Assembly: GCA_963665235.2 (NCBI GenBank)
Contig: CAXXLX010000001.1
Location: 608,001 to 672,000 of the forward strand
Length of the DNA stretch: 64,000 nt
Reading direction: 5' to 3'
Source: Candidatus Poribacteria bacterium
GTDB lineage: Bacteria > Poribacteria > WGA-4E > WGA-3G
Part shown: positions 32,685-42,409 of the stretch, in pieces
Layout of the letters: each line of letters starts with the position of its first letter
How positions within the stretch are numbered: position 1 is the first letter of the stretch
Position numbers and translations under genes: made by a program
The notes under the pieces: generated by a model
What the model saw: only the letters and a program-made list of their open reading frames with translations
What the model was told of the DNA's origin: nothing
Database searches by the model: none

Positions 32685-33291
32685 TTACGCGGTTTGGTTG
32701 ACCATGCTACAGAGGATGCCGAGGATTTTGTCACATCGCGTAATCTGATAAACCGCTATATCGATGTGGAGTTTTTGCTCCTCCAATTTGAGAAATCGCC
32801 ACTCTGTGCCTGTCGTGGCAGCTCCATAGATGATGGGAATATCATTCCCTTTTTCCGCATTGAAACGTTGCGCTGCAAGCATCTCTGCGACACATTGCCC
32901 AAGCCCGGGTGCCGGGTCCTTCTTTCTTTGCCTCAACAAGAACGATGACCGGTGCCTCCAGAAAAGATTGTATCGGTGAGAGGCTCACTAAAAAATCACA
33001 CGTGCCGGTTAACCCCCTTTCTGCGTCTACGTTGAAGTCAATCCCTGAAAACAAACTGATTCGGTAATCAAATTGCTCAAGAAGTTCAAATACAACATTC
33101 GCGACAATTAGTTCTGAGCGGGCTTTTTCCGTATTTATAGCGGCGGCTATCGGTACCTTTTTCGCCAACACTGTTGTGAGGAGTTCACTCGGCTCCACCG
33201 GTTCTATTTCGGCAAAGATGTCTGTGCGTTCAACAAGTTCCAATTGAAATTCTTGTCGCACTGTCTCCAGTGTCCAATTGCTATACGCCAT
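32685..33291 (-). pseudogene. PD-(D/E)xK-like hypothetical protein (cyanobacterial MAYS..TL family), single frameshift
   Basis: NTEKARSELI, LTGTCDF and VEAKKE in one frame, GLGQCVAEMLAAQRFN, YGAATTG.EWRFLKL in the next; shift near 32920. Confidence 0.75.
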
Positions 33292-33315
33292 GTCGTTGGC
33301 CCTTCCGCTACAAGC

Positions 33316-33586
33316 TTATTTTGTAAAATTCCTTTCAACAGCCATTTTACCTTCAATCTGCTCAAGTACCCACTCCCGAATTAGATTCGGGTGAGAGCCC
33401 GCGCGACTGCGCGAGTCCTTCAATAATCTCAAATTCTTCAGGTTCCAATCTTAGGGGAACTAAGGTTTCAAAAACAGGTTCACCTACTTCCTCAAGCTCG
33501 TCTTCAAAATCGGTTAAGTCGTGTGTATCCCAGAAATCAGCGAGCTCCTGAATTGAATCGGTCTGTGGAATATTTGTACGATTCAT
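33316..33586 (-). pseudogene. CopG/BrnA-like type II antitoxin, frameshifted
   Basis: IPQTDSIQELADFWDTHDLTDF; expected LIREWVLE.. end continues in another frame after ~33385. Confidence 0.7.
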
Positions 33587-33597
33587 TGTTTCCTCCA

Positions 33598-34383
33598 TTA
33601 TTCCCCCTGCACAGCACTAATCTCATCTTCAGAAATCTTATGGACACTCTTTGGATTGAACGTCTGTGTCGTGTCTACACGCAGCGCCACCTCAATCCTG
33701 CCGCCTGTTAGCACAAAGAACTGAATCAGGAAACCCCCACCCTGCATCGCTTCGACCTGATATTCCGCTGTGTCAAGCCCGCCAATCCATTTTGGTAAAG
33801 CAGTTTCAAAGTTTGGGTGTGTGATAACGTTTTCGGGCAATGCAATGATGAGCGTCCCAGGCATATCCCCAATTGCATCCCCGATAACCTGGCGTTTCTC
33901 TACCATAAACGGCACAACCTGCTCAGCATAGCCAAAATTGTCATCGGCGACAATTCGTTCTGGCGGGACAAGTCCCCACGTCAAGTGATGGATAAACGGA
34001 TTGCCATACCCCTGTCCAAGCATGTGTTCCAAAGCCGCCTTGTCCACAGGATGAACAACCGCGACATAGTCAAACCACCCCTCCTGTCGTGCTGGACTAT
34101 CGGCGGGCAGGCGAGCAGAGACGTTTATATAATCACACCCATCCACAGGCGATGGATAACACCGCGCATCCCAACCGTTGACATAACCGAGCTGTTTCAA
34201 ACCGTCAGCGACGAGATGAGGCGGGTCACAGAAAATCGCAGCGTGGTCCATGTTCGGATAGATTTCTATACCTGCACCGAGGATATGTTTGGCAACACCG
34301 AGTGCCTCATCAAAACGTAAATCAGCGTTCTCAATTTTTAAGTAATCCGCGAAATTTGTAGGCAATGCAATTGTGTCTTCCAT
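33598..34383 (-). CDS. Hypothetical protein, possible VOC/HPPD-like metalloenzyme
   Basis: DHAAI, PFIHHLTW and LIQFF...IEVALR spacing recalls His/His/Glu VOC metal ligands. Confidence 0.55.
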   Translation of the reverse strand: MEDTIALPTNFADYLKIENADLRFDEALGVAKHILGAGIEIYPNMDHAAIFCDPPHLVADGLKQLGYVNGWDARCYPSPVDGCDYINVSARLPADSPARQEGWFDYVAVVHPVDKAALEHMLGQGYGNPFIHHLTWGLVPPERIVADDNFGYAEQVVPFMVEKRQVIGDAIGDMPGTLIIALPENVITHPNFETALPKWIGGLDTAEYQVEAMQGGGFLIQFFVLTGGRIEVALRVDTTQTFNPKSVHKISEDEISAVQGE

Positions 34384-34424
34384 GAGAGTCCTCCATTCCT
34401 GCTCCTATTAGCACTATCCTACCA

Positions 34425-34772
34425 TCAGTTTAACAAAAAAATCGCTTTCGGAAGCGGCGGAAGCTGGAAACAATAAAACTTGGAATTATACAAGCTATCC
34501 TTCCCTTTTGATAAGTCTCGCACAAACAGGATCTGTTTACCATCCGGAAACCAGCGCGGATCGCTATCAAAAAATTCCGAATGCGTGAGGCGGTGAACGT
34601 TTCGACCGTTATCGTCCATCACGTAAAGCTGGCGGGTCCTCCCATCACTACGCCTACTGTTAAAAACAATCTTGGCGTGAGGGGTTTGTTGTAACAACAG
34701 CAAAAGAAAAACAACGACTAGGATGGCACCGCGCCGAAACCTACAGGACCCGATAGGAAGTTTATGTTTCAT
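34425..34772 (-). pseudogene. Truncated TolB-like secreted protein
   Basis: Signal peptide, HA-KIVFNS, QLYVMDDNG, PRWFPDGKQI, then an abrupt end; paralogue of 14248-15300. Confidence 0.75.
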
Positions 34773-34997
34773 GAGAAAACTCCTTTTGAGGAATGCGGCT
34801 GCTCTGATGAGAGACAGCGCCGTATCTTTCAACTACAACAACATAGTAACATATATGGAAAAAATCGTCAAGAAAAAAGGGGGGTTGACGTTATTTTGGC
34901 ATTGCAAAAATAACCGAATCTTGCTAATATAGACGCATGTAGATGCTGAAACGTCACACAATTCAAAACGTTCCTATAACACAAAAGAGGAAAATTC

Positions 34998-35786
34998 ATG
35001 AGAAAAAATACCTTTCGAGAATTGCTCAACGCTGACAAACCCACCGTCGGCACACATATCCATACCACCTGGCCCTCCATCGTTGAGGCGATTGGACACA
35101 CCGGAATGTATGACTATGTCGAATTTGTGGGAGAATATGGCCCATTTGATCTGCACGATTTGGATAATTTATGCAGGGCAGCAGAACTTCATAACATCTC
35201 CACGATGATTAAGGTAGACCAGGAGCCGCGCGGTTTCATCGCACAACGTGCAATCGGTTCAGGTTTTCAGAGTGTGCTTTACGCCGATTGCCAAAACGTT
35301 GAAGATGTGAAGGAGTGTGTCCGGACTACACGGGCGGATACGCCAGAGGATGGCGGCAGTTACGGCGTGGCTACTCGCAGATTCGCCTATATGGGATACG
35401 GCGGCGGCCCACAATACGTACAAGCTTTACGAGATGTGGTCGTTGTTATTATGATTGAGAAACAGGGGACCGTCGAAAACCTCGAAGAGGTGTTATCTGT
35501 TGAAGGGGTTGATATGATTCAGTGGGGCGGCTCCGATTATTCCATGAGTATTGGCAAAGTCGGGCAGCGCGGCTCCCCAGAAATCCAAGAGACAGAGCGG
35601 CGCGTCTTTGAAACCGCCATCAAAATGGGGGTACCGCCTCGTGCAGAAATCGGGAGCGCGGATGGCGCGAAACGTTTTCTCGATATGGGCGTACGGCATT
35701 TCTGCATCGGCACCGATATTTCCATCCTCTACGGATGGTGGCGCGAACATGGCGATGGACTTCGGAAAGCTCTCGAAGGACATTAG
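34998..35786 (+). CDS. HpcH/HpaI aldolase family protein
   Basis: EFVGEYGP, IMIEK, NLEEVLSVEGVD, DYSMSIG, IGTD. Confidence 0.88.
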   Translation: MRKNTFRELLNADKPTVGTHIHTTWPSIVEAIGHTGMYDYVEFVGEYGPFDLHDLDNLCRAAELHNISTMIKVDQEPRGFIAQRAIGSGFQSVLYADCQNVEDVKECVRTTRADTPEDGGSYGVATRRFAYMGYGGGPQYVQALRDVVVVIMIEKQGTVENLEEVLSVEGVDMIQWGGSDYSMSIGKVGQRGSPEIQETERRVFETAIKMGVPPRAEIGSADGAKRFLDMGVRHFCIGTDISILYGWWREHGDGLRKALEGH

Positions 35787-35796
35787 CGTAATTGTC

Positions 35797-36046
35797 GTAG
35801 GGGCGGGGTCACCCCGCCCGCATAACGAAAGCACAATCGCAGGGGCGGGGTCACCCCGCCCGCATAACGAAAGCACAATCGTAGGGGCGGGGTCACCCCG
35901 CCCGCATAACGAAAGCACAATCGTAGGGGCGGGGTCACCCCGCCCGCATAACGAAAGCACAATCGTAGGGGCGGGGGGTCACCCCGGGGTCACCCCGCCC
36001 GCATAACGAAAGCACAATCGTAGGGGCGGGGTCACCCCGCCCTTAC
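35797..36046. repeat. Tandem array of 6 GTAG-type REPs (42-bp unit)
   Basis: GTAGGGGCGGGGTCACCCCGCCC-GCATAACGAAAGCACAATC; constant linker; between convergent genes. Confidence 0.92.
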
Positions 36047-36065
36047 AGGAATGAGACACGCTCTC

Positions 36066-36794
36066 CTAAAGCATCGCCTGCATCTTTTCAGCGACCCAGT
36101 CCACAGCGACATCAATCATGACCTGCCCCTTCTCTGCTGTTGCAAGTTTGGCTTGGTGATGATATTTTCTGTCCGCCGTCGCCTGTCCCTCGTTAGAAAT
36201 TGTGAGTTTCGCGCTGTCGTAATCTACGCCGTGCCAATCCACGTTTTCGGCAAAAGCAGCAAGCGCGAACGCCGTTTCAAACTCCGCAGCGTGCCCCGGG
36301 CACTCCTTGGACTCCATCTGCTCCTCAACCAACTCGCGGGTATACGCCTCCCAATAGGAGTGAAACGCGATGTTGATACCTAATTTTTCACGGAAACCGT
36401 CCAAACGCTGATGCACCGGACCCGCATTGCCCGCATGCCCGTTGACAATCAGGATATTGTCAATACCGTGGCGACGCATGCTATCCGCCACATCGTACAG
36501 GACTTCACCGAAGACCTCCGCGCGAAGCGTAAGCGTGCCTTTGTGGTCCATCCAGTGCTCCGATACGCCAATTGCTAACGGCGTTGTGACAATCACCTGC
36601 GGAAACAACTTTTCAGCAGCCAATTTAGAGACATACACCGCACTTTGTGTGTCGTGATACATCGCCAAGTGCTCATTATGTTGCTCAGTACTGCCGGTCG
36701 GAATAATCGCGCCTTTGAGTGTGCCAGCATCAATCGCCTCACGGACATATCGCCGCTGGTTCTCCCAAAGTAGCACGGATTTGATTTGAGACAT
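36066..36794 (-). CDS. Creatininase/creatinine amidohydrolase family protein
   Basis: PTGSTEQH..HL...D, GVSEHW, NGHAGN, GHAAEFET. Confidence 0.9.
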   Translation of the reverse strand: MSQIKSVLLWENQRRYVREAIDAGTLKGAIIPTGSTEQHNEHLAMYHDTQSAVYVSKLAAEKLFPQVIVTTPLAIGVSEHWMDHKGTLTLRAEVFGEVLYDVADSMRRHGIDNILIVNGHAGNAGPVHQRLDGFREKLGINIAFHSYWEAYTRELVEEQMESKECPGHAAEFETAFALAAFAENVDWHGVDYDSAKLTISNEGQATADRKYHHQAKLATAEKGQVMIDVAVDWVAEKMQAML

Positions 36795-36884
36795 TGTGTA
36801 ACCTCCAATTTTGATTTAGGGGCGGCTGCATCTGTCGGATTTTCTGTGTTCAACCCTACAGTGAAACCGCTCCGAAATATACTA

Positions 36885-37122
36885 ATACCATTTTTATTAA
36901 TTATCCTATCATTACCGGTCGTTAGAAATGAAACGGAGAACGGAAGACACAAACTGGAAGTTTATGCTACAAGAAAGCACAAACTGGAAGTTTATGCTAC
37001 AAGAAAGCACAAACTGGAAGTTTATGCTACAATAAAGCACAAACTGGAAGTTTATGCTACAAGACCGCACAAACTGGAAGTTTATGCTACAATAAAGAGA
37101 CATTTCCAATTAGAAATGGTAT
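36885..37122. mobile_element. Possible MITE family C enclosing five 30-bp REP units
   Basis: Ends ATACCATTTTTATT / AATTAGAAATGGTAT are imperfect inverted repeats; CACAAACTGGAAGTTTATGCTACAA x5 at 36948-37092; no clear TSD. Confidence 0.6.
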
Positions 37123-37128
37123 AACCTT

Positions 37129-37660
37129 TCAAGCTCTTTTCTCTTTCAAGCGAAATATTGTTTCAGGATATGCTGTTTCTCGATTCTTTTCAGTCCGATT
37201 CAGGACAGGCCGCTTGTGTTGATTGACGATGTGCATACCTGCCATATCAGCAATAGTCGGATACATATCAAACTTATCGTTTGCAACAACGAAAACATCG
37301 TTGGCTCATGTAAAGGATGAGTGCTAAAAAAAGTTTAATCCCTGTGACCATTGACTTTATCACAAGCAATCGCACATACTTTTTACATGAGCGGACATGT
37401 TTTGTCGTCTCCGCCTCTTTAATCTTTTCGAAGGACAGTGTCCAATTCAGGTCATCGCCAAGTTCATCTTTCCACTGCTTCTCTCGGCGGCTTTGTCCAT
37501 AATAATCTTCTAAGCTCTGTAGCGGAATCAGTGTTGTCCCCTTCTCAGGACTCGTTTCGAGGTGTCCGTACTGAATTAAGTAGGAGATATTCGCAGTGGT
37601 AACGTTTTTATTGAGATGTTTCGAAGCCCATTGGCTTGCCTGTTTGAGTGTCAGAAGCAT
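37129..37660 (-). pseudogene. Site-specific DNA methyltransferase remnant, core deleted
   Basis: N-terminus MLLTLKQASQWAS..NISYLIQYG..LNWTLSF..ETTKHV and C-terminus FVVANDK..YP.IA..AGM.IVNQ.KRPVLNRTEK..ETIF separated only by a 91-bp MITE. Confidence 0.75.
37303..37393. mobile_element. 91-bp MITE with IS1595-like ends
   Basis: GGCTCATGTAAA...TTTACATGAGCG; left end matches the IS at 45752. Confidence 0.8.
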
Positions 37661-37769
37661 TTCAGGTCCCTGTGTTATGAAGACAATAGAATTCTCGTTG
37701 CAGATGCACATGTTCACTAAAATCAGTATACCAAATATACACCTAATTGTCAAGGATGGTGGAAAAGGG

Positions 37770-38012
37770 GGGTGTGTAAAGTTTCTGTACAAGTTAATCT
37801 ATTGATGCTTAGTATTTGGGAAACCAACGGTTCCCCACTCCTACAGCAAAACGCATCGCCCATCACAACCGTGCTCGTAGTAGGGAAACCATTTATTGCC
37901 CATCGCAGCCCTGATTCTAGGAGCAAAACCCATCGCCCATCACAACCCTATACGACACGACGGGCGATGAATCGCCCTACTACAAACGGGTGTACGAAAA
38001 CTTTACACACCC
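37770..38012. mobile_element. 243-bp MITE family D carrying a REP doublet
   Basis: TIR GGGTGTGTAAAGTTT/AAACTTTACACACCC; TSD AAAAGGG; internal GTAGTAGGGAAACC..GGGCGATGAATCGCCCTACTAC. Confidence 0.85.
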
Positions 38013-38148
38013 AAAAGGGGCAGGGCGTAAAGTTTCTGGCATAGAGGCACAAACTTTTGTTCTCTTTAGTCCCGTAGGGACGATATATTTATAGAAGCAC
38101 ACAACACACCCCAAAAATAGCCCCAGCGGGGCGGTATGTTTATAGAAT

Positions 38149-38579
38149 GTGATAGACCCCCAGCTAAAGCATGGGGGCTTCCGCAAAGTTATGCGAAAGC
38201 GTTCGTGCGATTAACGACCTTGTTTAGAAAACCTATAGCGGTTCTCCAGGGACAGAAGCCTACTGCAACAGACACTACCCTGACTGCGACACCGAAGTGT
38301 CCTTGTGAAATTTGTTTTGAGTCGTATTGTTCAAACGGGTTTCAGCATTACCTGTCTTTCCCTACTAACGACTGTCGTGCTACACTTTCTGACTAAGACA
38401 TTAGAGCTTTACACTATAGGAAGTCTAATCAGGAGGCGCGTAACTGCCCTCTATAGCAACCGTACACTCTAAATTTATTAGACGCTATTTTCACTAAAAG
38501 GTTTGGTGTGCAATCAAAGTTTTTAGCGGTGTCTACATCCCCCAGCTAAAGCTTGGGGGTTTTGACACCGAAGACAAAG
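38149..38579 (-). mobile_element. Non-autonomous IS200/IS605-type element with structured non-coding interior
   Basis: Two subterminal hairpins CCCCCA-GCTAAAGC-[AT]TGGGGG, similar to the left-end hairpin of the TnpB element; minus-strand end ...TCTATCAC; no credible gene inside. Confidence 0.75.
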
Positions 38580-38602
38580 ATAATCGCTTGCACAGCACGC
38601 TC

Positions 38603-38689
38603 CTACATAAGAGGGGAAGGTAGGCCCTTAACGATTTCCACCGTCTTGAGGCTCACGGTGATGACGCGGGCGATTAAGTCTACGATATT
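38603..38689 (-). pseudogene. C-terminal remnant of a Type ISP restriction-modification enzyme
   Basis: Translates IVDLIARVITVSLKTVEIVKGLP, matching the characteristic Type ISP C-terminal helix. Confidence 0.6.
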
Positions 38690-38764
38690 GAGAGTATAAT
38701 AACAGCTGTGATAGGACAAATCAAGGATTTTTTTAATTGTCATGCTAAAAGAAACATAATCAGC

Positions 38765-38880
38765 TCGTAGTAGGGCGATTCATCGCCCGTTGGTGATAGA
38801 AAAGGTTAGCGACGGGCAATAAATGGTTCCCCTACTACAATCCGCGCAATCCGCGCAATCCGCGACAATCCGCGATTCAG
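38765..38880. repeat. REP doublet plus AATCCGCG short repeats
   Basis: GTAGTAGGGCGATTCATCGCCC ... GGGCAATAAATGGTTCCCCTACTAC, then AATCCGCG x4. Confidence 0.75.
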
Positions 38881-38965
38881 ACGATATTAAAATCCGAAAA
38901 ATGTCGAAATATGGTAATATATGATAGCGTCCATTGTTTAACTTTTAGAGGCCGGAGGCATTAAA

Positions 38966-40501
38966 ATGACATTTTTCTCCCACGCTTTCACAAAATCATC
39001 CGTTTTGATAGGTGTGCTTATCGTTGCATATCTGCTGCCGATATGGTTGTTTCCCTATTTTCCAACACAGGATGGCGTGAGTCACGTCTATAACTCACAA
39101 ATTCTAACGGAGTACGGCAACCCGACCTATCAATTTCGCGACTATTACGATATTAATTGGTTTCCATTTCCGAATTGGCTATCGCATGCTTCGCTGGCAC
39201 TGCTGCTGTTCATCTTTCCGCCGTTAATCGCCGAGAAGGTTTTTCTGAGTCTATACGTTATCCTATTTCCGTTTGCCATCCGTTATTTCTTAAATGCTGT
39301 TCAGTCTGGCAGGGATGCACTGGTAATCCTAAGCTTCACGTTTATCTACAATTACCTGCTATTGATGGGTTTCTACAACTTTGCCGTGAGTGTCCCGCTG
39401 TTTTTCTTAGCACTGGGATACTGGTGGAGACATAGAGAGACGTTGACTACAACGCGTATTGTCCTGCTGAACCTGCTTATCATCGTCATCTATTTTGCGC
39501 ATCTCATCTCCTACGCGTTTGTTCTATTCTCTATTGCCCTGCTCACCGTGATTCATTTCAGACGCAACCTGAAGCGAATTCTTATCACCGGGTGTGCTGT
39601 TTTACCTGCTGCGTTATTGCTCATAGTTTACCTACCAACGTCTGACCTGCTAGCAGGCGGTCCACCTAAATTTGAGTTGGGACGTGTAGGTGAACTGTTA
39701 GAGAACGCCGTCGGCATGTATGTGTTAGTTGCCTATAACGAGAATCAGGTGTGGATTTCCTATGCGGTCTTTGCATGCCTGCTTTTCCTCAGCATCTGGA
39801 CATTTTGGCAGAACAGAAAACCATCAACAGAGTCGGTAGCAGGACAGGGGGCGTTTTTAATCCTGTTTGGCGTGCTTTTCCTACTCTATTTAATCCTGCC
39901 AGGCTCCATAGGTCCGGGCGGTTGGGTGAACGATAGGTTATTGATTTTGGCGGCCCTTTTAATATTCGCCTGTTTCCGGTTAAGCGAGCACATTAGGTGG
40001 CAGCAGGTGTTCACAGGATTGGTGACGCTGCTTGCCATTGTGAATGTCCTCTATATCGGCATTCTCTGCAAAACGCTGAACGCAGAATTACGTCAGTTTA
40101 ATGCCTTTGTAGACAGGGTTGAGAAGAACACCGTTATCTTACCGCTCCAATTTGAGGCGACTGGCGAATCGCTCAGAATAGGCATCTTTGTCAACGCGGC
40201 GAACTACTACTGTCTCGATAACGGGTGTATTAATCTCGGCAACTACGAGGTGCAGTTCGACTATTTTCCGATTCGCTTCAAAACGGATTTTGAGACACCG
40301 ATAGCTGAAAAGGAGTGGGTGCAAATTGTCCACTGGACACCGGAAGCAATTGACCTATGCAATTACGCGGACAACGTTGATTATTTGCTGCTTTGGGGGG
40401 TTCCGGAAGAAGAGAAGGTCGCTGCCGAAATTGCTGCGTGTTATACATTAATTGCTACGGAGGGACGACTAAAACTCTATGAGGGCAAGCGGGGATTGTA
40501 G
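38966..40501 (+). CDS. Polytopic membrane protein, probable GT-C fold glycosyltransferase
   Basis: YFPTQDG.SH, LLMGFYNF, YFAH, DRLL; ~12 TM segments and a periplasmic C-terminus. Confidence 0.7.
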   Translation: MTFFSHAFTKSSVLIGVLIVAYLLPIWLFPYFPTQDGVSHVYNSQILTEYGNPTYQFRDYYDINWFPFPNWLSHASLALLLFIFPPLIAEKVFLSLYVILFPFAIRYFLNAVQSGRDALVILSFTFIYNYLLLMGFYNFAVSVPLFFLALGYWWRHRETLTTTRIVLLNLLIIVIYFAHLISYAFVLFSIALLTVIHFRRNLKRILITGCAVLPAALLLIVYLPTSDLLAGGPPKFELGRVGELLENAVGMYVLVAYNENQVWISYAVFACLLFLSIWTFWQNRKPSTESVAGQGAFLILFGVLFLLYLILPGSIGPGGWVNDRLLILAALLIFACFRLSEHIRWQQVFTGLVTLLAIVNVLYIGILCKTLNAELRQFNAFVDRVEKNTVILPLQFEATGESLRIGIFVNAANYYCLDNGCINLGNYEVQFDYFPIRFKTDFETPIAEKEWVQIVHWTPEAIDLCNYADNVDYLLLWGVPEEEKVAAEIAACYTLIATEGRLKLYEGKRGL

Positions 40502-40519
40502 GTATATAACCGCTCTTCA

Positions 40520-41734
40520 TTAATAATTGCCGCGCAGCGTTAAACTGACGATACTGTGGTTATAGTTAAGAAAATCGAGGAGCACATCTTTTTCGTTGGT
40601 GCGGTTTTGCGTGAATTGATAATCGGCATTCAGGGTTAGATGCGGTGTGAATCTGTAGTTTACCTGTGCATTAAATCCCAGTTGTGTGTCGCTGCGGTTT
40701 TCAGCCCCCTCCAGAATATTTCCGCTCTCGTCCCGAGTTTGTCTGCCTTCAAACTGCACCCAGACGCGGAACAATTTGAGTCGGAACCAACGTTCCGTAT
40801 CAAACCGGTAAAATTTACTCAGTGCAGTTTCCACACTTATGAAGTTAAAGAAATCAGCGTTGGAACGGTTTAAAAAGAGACTTGCCTCCTCCTGAAAAAC
40901 GAAACGTTTCGCTGTTGTCTGTAGCAGTTTTGCTGCGGCGAAATGTCGCCAATCGGTTCGGGGTTTGTCATCCCCAAGTCCTGTAACCCCGAGGATGAGA
41001 TTGTTTAAATTGGTTTGGTAGCGTCCGTGTTCAATTGCGTATTCTACCTTTCCGAGCACGTGCTTGTGCAATCCGAATTGAAGGCGTGTAGTGGCTTTAT
41101 GCGTCGTGGACCCGATGAGTAGAAAATCCTCTCTCCGCTGAAATTCGTCATCAAATCTGTGGAGCCGCAGGTTGTATTCTAACACCCGTCCGAAGCGGAG
41201 CCCGAGCTGCCGTTCCGTGTTGTTATAGACATTCAACTTTCGGACGAAACGTTGAAACTGATGGGAGACAACGAACGGGGGTAAATCTGAAAACGGCTGA
41301 TATCGCAGCTCGGTTAAGGTAACATCGGTGAACGCATCAAATTCGTTGAGTTTACCATCTTCCCCTATGTAGTTTTCGGACTGTGGAGCGTATTGCAGGT
41401 TGAGTCGGAGTTTATTGCCAATCGGTAGGGCACCGAGTAGGTTTAACCCGAAACGGTTGATTGTCCCTGAAAGTTGCGGATTTTCCTGTCCTGCAAGGCT
41501 GCTGGTATAAGGGTCGACACTTAAACCGAGTTCGATGTGATTGTTATAAGTGTTAGAGAGATAGGCATCAATTGTCAGTTTCGCAGGGTCGAGGTCAGCG
41601 GCTTCAGGTTCGTCGATGAGTAGACTTTTCCCGAAATCAGTATCAAGTTGTGCAAAAGCGGGGTGCAATTGTACCGCTACGAATAGGGCAAAAATGAGTA
41701 AGTAGATTGAAACAGAGCACGTTATTTTTTTCAT
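40520..41734 (-). CDS. Putative outer-membrane beta-barrel protein
   Basis: Signal peptide (..PAFA-Q); amphipathic beta-strand pattern; ends SLTLRGNY. Confidence 0.65.
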   Translation of the reverse strand: MKKITCSVSIYLLIFALFVAVQLHPAFAQLDTDFGKSLLIDEPEAADLDPAKLTIDAYLSNTYNNHIELGLSVDPYTSSLAGQENPQLSGTINRFGLNLLGALPIGNKLRLNLQYAPQSENYIGEDGKLNEFDAFTDVTLTELRYQPFSDLPPFVVSHQFQRFVRKLNVYNNTERQLGLRFGRVLEYNLRLHRFDDEFQRREDFLLIGSTTHKATTRLQFGLHKHVLGKVEYAIEHGRYQTNLNNLILGVTGLGDDKPRTDWRHFAAAKLLQTTAKRFVFQEEASLFLNRSNADFFNFISVETALSKFYRFDTERWFRLKLFRVWVQFEGRQTRDESGNILEGAENRSDTQLGFNAQVNYRFTPHLTLNADYQFTQNRTNEKDVLLDFLNYNHSIVSLTLRGNY

Positions 41735-41943
41735 AGGTATCCAAATGCATGAAAGCATACAAGTTAGGCGTAGCGACAGAGGTATGTTGATAGCTATTGG
41801 CCGTTGGCTGTTGGCAAGAGTAAGAGGGCTCTGAAGCGCGTCAGAAACCTGCTTAGAATCACAACATCTTGCTAATTGCCATTTGCTAATTGCCATTTGC
41901 TAATTATTATATGCTATTCTAAGCAAAAAGTCAAATTTTTCTA

Positions 41944-41973
41944 TTGACATCGGTTGCAATTTAAAGGTATAAT
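41944..41973 (+). promoter_or_regulatory. Putative sigma70 promoter upstream of the DUF1080 pair
   Basis: TTGACA-18 nt-TATAAT. Confidence 0.55.
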
Positions 41974-42409
41974 CTTTGCAAGCGATTTAGATGGACATTT
42001 TGTGGATGTGTGGTATCAAAAAAAACGAAAACCGCGCCACCGCCATAAAAAGAACACTCTCATATTTGATTTACAGGAATTACGGGATGAAGCATCGACG
42101 GACGAACACCACAATTCAGAGAGCAATCTTGTCAGGTCCGGTTCACCTGAGCAAAGCTATATTAAGAGGTGTCCGCCGGCGCAACCGTTTACTCTGTACC
42201 CCCCCCGACTACTTCACATTTATTAAGTATTTTACTATACAGGAGCGTGTCAGAGGTTTTAACGTCTGCACCGCCTTCGTGCCCGCCTGCGCCATGTTTT
42301 TCATGTGTGCATGTCGCGGGCTATCTTTGTTGTTGCATTGGGGTTTTCCCCGATGCTTATTTTATCCGTTTAACCCGCACGCACGCTGCGTGCAGCAAAG
42401 GAGATTCCT

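Noticed and set aside
38395-38404. AAGACATTAG match between the predicted TnpB guide and the ncRNA element
   Set aside because: Only 10 nt, outside the seed and without a TAM; compatible with chance
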